The position numbers and the translations under genes are program-made. The notes beneath the pieces were generated by a model, which worked only from the letters and a program-made list of their open reading frames with translations, made no database searches and had not been told where the DNA came from. From NCBI GenBank assembly GCA_964016885.1, contig OZ024741.1, positions 139,686,001 through 139,750,000 of the forward strand: a stretch of 64,000 bases of DNA. The letters are read 5' to 3'. Positions 60,468-64,000 of this stretch are shown here, piece by piece; positions within the stretch are counted from its first letter, which is position 1, and each line of letters opens with the position of its first letter. The DNA comes from Eledone cirrhosa (Eukaryota).

Positions 60468-63033
60468 TTATCAGTAACATTATTATGAATTGAATTGCGA
60501 ATATTATACACCATACGATTATCGAGTCTCAGGAAATTAAATGTAGCTTACTTGAAAACCGTCTACAGGTTAGACAGATGTTGATTAAACAATTACCTCC
60601 CTATAGCCACGAAGGCAGTCTCTAAATGAACCATAACAATATCTCAGACCAGACAGCATTTAAGTATGTCTTCCCCTCAAAGTTGTCAAAGGCATTATTT
60701 TTTACTATTTATGACGAACCATTTTTTTTTTCGGTGGAACGTAAGGGGATGGAATGGATATCCGTCGATTTCGACGGTAACTGTTCCAGTTCTCTGATCA
60801 ACGAAACATCTTGTCCGTAATTTATAGACGTAATGGGCTGAGCGTTTCATAATTCTGAGTGAGACCTAATGTTACAAATTGTGATCAAGTCAGTCCTTTG
60901 ATTAACATGTTGAACCCATTTTCTTTTATGATGTACTTAGCTGAGCCTTCAGTGTGTGTGTGTGTGCTCTTCCAGAAATTCTATACATTTTAACACGGTT
61001 GATTATTTGAATTACCGTTACAGTCCATCTATCTAATTTAATACACAAGGCATCTTAAACTGTATCTCTATATATGTCACTTGGACAAGATCTCATGGAG
61101 GGGGATTGAAGATTTAACTTTCTGATTGCAAATTTAAATTCAGTTAAACACATATTGAAAGCACGTCTGTGGGATATTTTATTTTTTTTCATTATTATTT
61201 TGTAATGTTTCGTTTGAGTTCCTTGTAGTTGACTTAGAAACGTATTCTTTCAAAATCTCTCACAAATATTTTTAGGTTTATAGATATACATTGTCTCATT
61301 TTTATTTCAAATCACGGCAAAGTAGGAAGACACCGGCGTTAGACCGATGCTAGGATGCGTGACTTGATATCTAATTATATAATTTGTTTTATGGACAGAA
61401 AATTTAAAGGGGTCCTTCTGGATACACTGTAGGAAAGATTAGTGAATTGGAAGGTTTGTGGTTAGTGGTTGACATGAGATTGTAAGGTCATAAATAACAT
61501 TCTCTGTGACTCGTTGTGTATTTGTCACTTTTCTATATATATATATATATTTAATTATATTTAACTTGTTAAACGGTTAGCTATAATTGTATTTCAAAAG
61601 ACCTACCTTGCCACCCACAAGGATTAGTTAGGGTTACTCGTGTCTACACAAAGCTCAGTCACTTGCACTTTAATTTCAGGAGTAGGTTGATCAGTTCTTC
61701 TAACAATTGAAATATTCATCGCATAAATCACCGGAGGCTCAACATGCACACAGACACACGCGCACATACACATACACACAGATACAAAGACAGACACAGA
61801 CACACACAAACACGCATACTAACACATCTACTCCTACAAACCGCAAACGAAAATCCACTGTTTGATGGAGACTTACGATCTTCAAAGTAGTATGTTACAG
61901 TGTTCTAATTTTTTAAATGTTTTAATTTTTATCAAACCAAAATATTCCATCCTGGAACTATTTGATTTTAAAATAATTACCCTGATAAACGTACACAAAG
62001 AGACGAAAAACGCTGACCATCAGGTCAAAAAATGTAAATCAAGTTTCCCTTATTGATTCTACTGCGGGATCCTTCTATCTGTATCAAATAAAGGCAGGAG
62101 TAAGTGGATTAACTTCAATGACAATCAATGTTGATCTCGGCAAAACTTAAACTTATGGCGGAGAGAGCCAAAGTAAATATTGAAGTATTTATTCAGAATC
62201 AGTAACGACCTAGTCAATTCCCCTCCTAATACACACATACATATACATATAGATTATCATACACATATATATCTACGTCTATACAATTCATGGGTGCAAA
62301 TATGCATGCATATAAGAAGTTTGAAATTTTGAACCCGTGTCTATTTATGGTTGTGTCTTTGCATGTTATTGTACTCTGTTATTCAATTTTGAAATAATAT
62401 ATGCAGCACACAATATCTCTTAATCTGCCTGAACAATAATATACTTGTAATAATTATTATGATTTCATGCATTTTCTAACAATATACAAAACGTATAATT
62501 CAAGAATAATATAAATGAATCACGTTGGTTTTATCACTGTTAAATCAATCACTTCATTGGAAATATCTTTTAATCATACACGTGGTGACGTATAAGATGA
62601 AAATATTGATTATGATAAACTAATATAACATTTTAATAATATTTATTAAGTTGACGACACCTGTCAAATAAGACATCAAACTGATTCAATAGTGTATAAC
62701 ATTATGGCACAGGACAAGACAATATGTTAGATTTTTCTTGCAAACTCTCTCAATAATATCGCTTCAGGAATACAAATAATGAGTTTTTATGACAGTATGT
62801 TAGAAATTGAATGGGGATAAGGAATGCATATGAAATGTGTCAACTGTAACCAATAACCTTGATATTCGTTATGGGAGATAAGATTATGAATGTACTTTAA
62901 CGTTCAACAAGGCACATTCATGAAGATATCATGTATGGGTGATAGATTTTATAAATGAAGAGAAGAATTGGGGACAATAGAGATGTAGAAGGTGACACAA
63001 TTTAAAAAGATATTCGCATACACACACACACAC

Positions 63034-63072
<39 letters not shown>

Positions 63073-63150
63073 AAAAAATGAACGGGAACAAAACAGAGAG
63101 GCAGTACGAACAAAGGTTTATTAGTTTCACGCTCTTGAGAGTGGGGTGGT

Positions 63151-63215
<65 letters not shown>

Positions 63216-63293
63216 AGGTTATTGGGTACAGTTGACACATTTCATATGCATTCCTTATACCCATTCAATTTCTAACATACTGTCCTAAAACAG

Positions 63294-63329
<36 letters not shown>

Positions 63330-63577
63330 ATAAGAGAGACGGTTTTATGTGTACATGTAATAAAATTAAGATGTACGAATAGAATCCCCTCCCTCTCTCT
63401 CTCTCTCCATATCTTTCTCTCTATCTCTTATTTATTGTATTTAAACGTCTAGTTGGAATACAAATCGTTGAGTGCTTTACGTCTGTTTACGAAAGAGTCG
63501 GTAGATTAATTGATCAACCAGCTTTCATGAACGGAATATTAGTTATATACTTATAATTTTCTTTGAAGCGCTGAGAA

Positions 63578-63660
<83 letters not shown>

Positions 63661-64000
63661 TGGTGGACTGGCCAGGTTGTCAGGTTGCCGAATGGCAAGT
63701 GAGCTTCAGGGGGCCCACGGTGGCATTGCAACAGCCCAGTGTAGCATTGCAGGGCGCACTGTAGTATTTTAGGAGCCAATGCTTTGCTTTCAACAATTAC
63801 CTGAAATCTAAGAGAAAACATAAAATTAAAAAATATAAATAAATAAAATAATCGAGGAAACCATTTGGTCAACCAATTCCCCAGGGAACTCTAAAAACCA
63901 AAATATACGATGGTGCAAATAGTTGTAATCAATGGTTGTACATTATAATAAATCTAAAGCTTAGTGTACTCTTTCATGCAAGCAAACATACATATACAAA

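Noticed and set aside
61624-61809. EPPVIYAMNISIV resembles the next Cys-loop exon (PPVxVxMNIxI)
   Set aside because: It is on the opposite strand to the 21886 exon, has no acceptor, begins in a microsatellite, and the similarity does not continue.

Overview
AT-rich, microsatellite-dense eukaryotic (animal) DNA, most likely cephalopod/octopus (an inference from SINE and repeat content). It is almost entirely intronic/intergenic. The only convincing host coding piece is a 98-bp exon of a Cys-loop ligand-gated ion channel (21886-21983, +), with a possible signal-peptide exon at ~10059-10102. The rest is transposon-derived: two protein-coding Penelope-like retroelements (RT + C-terminal GIY-YIG), a Tc1 element with IR/DR ends, CR1- and RTE-type LINE remnants, Helitrons (one with a Pif1 helicase fragment), tRNA-type SINEs, and a decayed SGNH-esterase module. 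The most striking structure is about a dozen fold-back (palindromic) insertions of 0.2-3.9 kb sitting in (TA)n tracts. They come from at least 7 sequence families. Most carry a recognisable type I hammerhead ribozyme, and most have a one-sided terminal 'tail'. In the smallest copies the fold-back point falls at or next to the ribozyme. Several insertions also carry inverted copies of neighbouring genomic DNA. All coordinates and alignments were read by eye and no database search was run.
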